64,000 nt of DNA from positions 1 to 64,000 of IMG/VR virus record IMGVR_UViG_3300032214_001486, one strand, 5' to 3'. Positions 61,612-64,000 of this stretch are shown piece after piece. The translations under genes and the position numbers were made by a program. Origin of the DNA: a virus. The notes beneath the pieces are model-generated. The model was not told where the DNA came from. It saw nothing but the letters and a program-made list of their open reading frames with translations, and did not search any database. The number at the start of each line of letters is the position of its first letter. The stretch's first letter is position 1.

Positions 61612-61638
61612 GGTCGGTGTCCTCGGCGGGTTTGGGCC

Positions 61639-62229
61639 TTAGCGGCGTTGTCCGTTTTTGCGTTCCAGCGTCGGGTAGGGGGAGCGGGGGCCGAGCCAGC
61701 GCCCCGACGTGACCTCCCCTTCGGAGCCATCCCAGGTGCCCCCAAGGATCACGGCTGTACCCCCGATCTTTGCTTTGCCTGTGATGCGGGCGCGCCCGCC
61801 GACGTGGGCCTCTCCTGACACAATCGCGTGTCCGCCGACCTGAGCGACCCCTTTAACGGTTGCCCGCCCGCCAACGTGCGCGTTATCAGCGACGATAGCT
61901 TGCCCGCCGACGTTGGCTTGATCGGTGACCCGAGCGTTGCCGTAGATTTGGGCCCGCTCCAACGCGCGAGCGTTGCCGTCAAGGGTTGCAGCCCCGTAGA
62001 TTAGGGCTTCTCCCTGCGTGGTTGCGTTGCCCTTCACGGTGCCCCGTTCCCACACATGGCGGAAGCGGGAGATCCCTAATGCCCGGCGGATCTCCCGTTG
62101 AACCCAATAAAACCTACGGTATGCGTACTGCCACAACCGGGGGCGGCCGGCTAACTTCGCCCCCAGGGCTTCCCAGGCGCGCACGTCCCGGTCATCCTCG
62201 GGGGCGAACGGGGTTTTGATCGAAGGCAT
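61639..62229 (-). CDS. Left-handed beta-helix hexapeptide-repeat protein
   Basis: GxAxV repeats; GGTWDGSEG. Confidence 0.75.
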   Translation of the reverse strand: MPSIKTPFAPEDDRDVRAWEALGAKLAGRPRLWQYAYRRFYWVQREIRRALGISRFRHVWERGTVKGNATTQGEALIYGAATLDGNARALERAQIYGNARVTDQANVGGQAIVADNAHVGGRATVKGVAQVGGHAIVSGEAHVGGRARITGKAKIGGTAVILGGTWDGSEGEVTSGRWLGPRSPYPTLERKNGQRR

Positions 62230-62277
62230 CCATCACCCTAAACAGCGTGAGCGAGCCTGCGAGGGCCAGCGCGGTAT

Positions 62278-63139
62278 TTAGCGAAGCCAAGCCCAGCCGG
62301 CTTCTGCGTTGCGCCAGCATAGCACAGGGCCGTTGGTGCTGATCCAAATTTCTTCTGTTGTCCCCCCGTTCTTGTCGGCCCAGGTATCGCAGCGGGCTTT
62401 GAGGCCGTCCAAGTATTCCGGGGTCAAGGCCGCTTTTAGCTCAGAGAACCGACCCTGACAGTCTCGGCAATAGAGGCGGCCGTCCTTTCGCCAAGTCAAA
62501 ATCAAGCGGGCCATCTGCGGGGCGTGCGTTTCGACAATCTCCCGCGCCTTTGCCTCCACCGTTGGGCCGCTCAATCCATGCTTACGGCTCATTTTCTGCG
62601 CGAGCAGTACAGCAGCGTTGGGCGCCACACCGAAGGAGACAAAGGGCTTGGGATCATACATTAGGCACCTACGGGCCCACGGGGCCGGGGAGAGGGGCAG
62701 GGGCAGAGTCAGGAAGGGGGGATAGCCGCCCGCTATGCGGGTAGGACGCGGCGATCAGGACACCGGGGGGCGAGGGGAAGCTAAGCGGTTGATCGTGCAG
62801 AACGATCAAAACGCGGCTCTCAGCGAGATAACCGATACACCTCCCCTGGTAGCGCGTAATTGTGTCGATCACCCGGTCCACCGGGCTCGGCCGGTCATCG
62901 TCCCAGGCCAGCAGAAACCGGCTTTGATATTCGTGAATTCGTGAGATTGTGCGGATCGCGTGGTCCTTGTCTACTTCAATCACGTCGCCCACATGGACGC
63001 CGTGAACCTCGGCGTTGAGGGCGTTTTCGCTAAAGAGCACCAGCACAAAGTTACCGTCTAAGCGCAGGCCGGGGAACACTTCACCCCCGCAATAGACGTT
63101 GACCTCGGCGTTTTCGCGGGGGGATACGGACTCAGACAT
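62278..63139 (-). CDS. Two hypothetical genes (62278-62661, 62669-63139)
   Basis: Tandem ORFs. Confidence 0.55.
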
Positions 63140-63207
63140 AACGTGCGCTCCGGGTATTGTCAAGCGACAATAGGTTAGTGTAAGGGGGCGAGCGGGGCAG
63201 GGCGGGA

Positions 63208-63999
63208 TCAAAGGCGCTTTGCGCGCAATACCTTGGGTTTAACCTTGCGGTTGGAGAGAACGGACACCCCGCGCCGCTTGCGCTCGGCCCGGACCAGACG
63301 CATACGGGCGGCTGCATCGGCGGTGTTCAACGGCTTGCCGATCTCCAAAATAATACCCTCGGCCAGCTTCACCCGGCGAATGGTGTTGGGGGCAAAGCTG
63401 GTCAAGCTACGCACGATGATCTGCATGACATTGTTCTGTCGGTTGATCTTGCGGGTTCTGTATCTATTGCGGCGTAGGTGGCGCTGTAGCGCGTCAATCG
63501 GCCATCGGGTAGCGTCGAAGATGACGCTACGGACGATCTTCTCGTTGTCCGGTAGCGGAGGCAGGTCGAGCGCCGCCTTGGGGTTGTGGCTCACCAGGGG
63601 TACACCCTTGGATAGCTCTTTGATCTTCCGCCAGACGCTCAGTGTCTCGGGCGAGGATTGGTGCTCAATCGTCGCGGTCCCGATATGCTGGGCCACCAGC
63701 GTCCGCTTGCGCTCCACAATATCAGTGATCCGGTCGTCTAAGGTGCCCTCGGCGTGCAGATACCAGATGGTCGTCGGCCGCTTCTGGCCCAACCGACGAA
63801 TTCGATCTTCTGCCTGTTCCTCCGCAGCCGGGGTCCACCAGCGTTCCAAAAAGAGCAGGTTCGCGGCCCGCACCAGCGTAATGCCTTCCGCCGCGGCGCG
63901 GGAACCGATGAATACATCGACCTGCCCGGACTTGAAAGCATCGACTGACGCTTGCCGCTGTTCCGTGCTCGATGACCCGTCAAGGCGGGTGTAGGTCAC
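63208..63999 (-). CDS. C-terminal part of a second SNF2-family helicase (5' end outside the window)
   Basis: LDGS...RQ..VD.F, AEGITL, WTPA.EEQAEDR..RLGQ. Confidence 0.9.
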   Translation of the reverse strand: MTYTRLDGSSSTEQRQASVDAFKSGQVDVFIGSRAAAEGITLVRAANLLFLERWWTPAAEEQAEDRIRRLGQKRPTTIWYLHAEGTLDDRITDIVERKRTLVAQHIGTATIEHQSSPETLSVWRKIKELSKGVPLVSHNPKAALDLPPLPDNEKIVRSVIFDATRWPIDALQRHLRRNRYRTRKINRQNNVMQIIVRSLTSFAPNTIRRVKLAEGIILEIGKPLNTADAAARMRLVRAERKRRGVSVLSNRKVKPKVLRAKRL

Positions 64000-64000
64000 A

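Overview
A 64-kb slice of a large, GC-rich dsDNA bacteriophage; the host cannot be determined from the sequence. From 1 to ~47 kb almost all genes are on the + strand: short early-type genes, a SNF2-type helicase, a Cas4-like PD-(D/E)XK nuclease, and a 7-kb RNA island with 10 tRNAs, a tmRNA and many structured spacers. These are followed by a HAM1 pyrophosphatase, CCHC/HTH-repeat regulators, an FGE/C-type-lectin locus, a Mesh1-like HD hydrolase, an AAA_24 ATPase plus SSB-like gene, four DNA methyltransferase genes, a UDG-fused family A DNA polymerase, thymidine kinase, a Rad50-like ATPase and a XerC/D-like recombinase. From ~47 kb most genes are on the - strand: lysis-like genes, small genes, probable virion or internal proteins and a second SNF2 helicase. 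The most unusual observations are: (1) an apparently split FGE-sulfatase/C-type-lectin domain whose missing variable C-terminal segment is encoded as three separate RGG...GIRLVR cassettes; (2) a family of unassigned ncRNAs between the tRNAs that share a CCCACC-hairpin-AACGGG 3' module; (3) a lox/dif-like 14-7-14 site with five 18-bp accessory repeats at the strand switch near the recombinase; (4) a shared N-terminal W(V/I)xxNxxxTxxL motif on several unrelated - strand proteins; (5) a TTGACR-NN-CGGCAR promoter family. All assignments are from manual motif reading, with no database searches.
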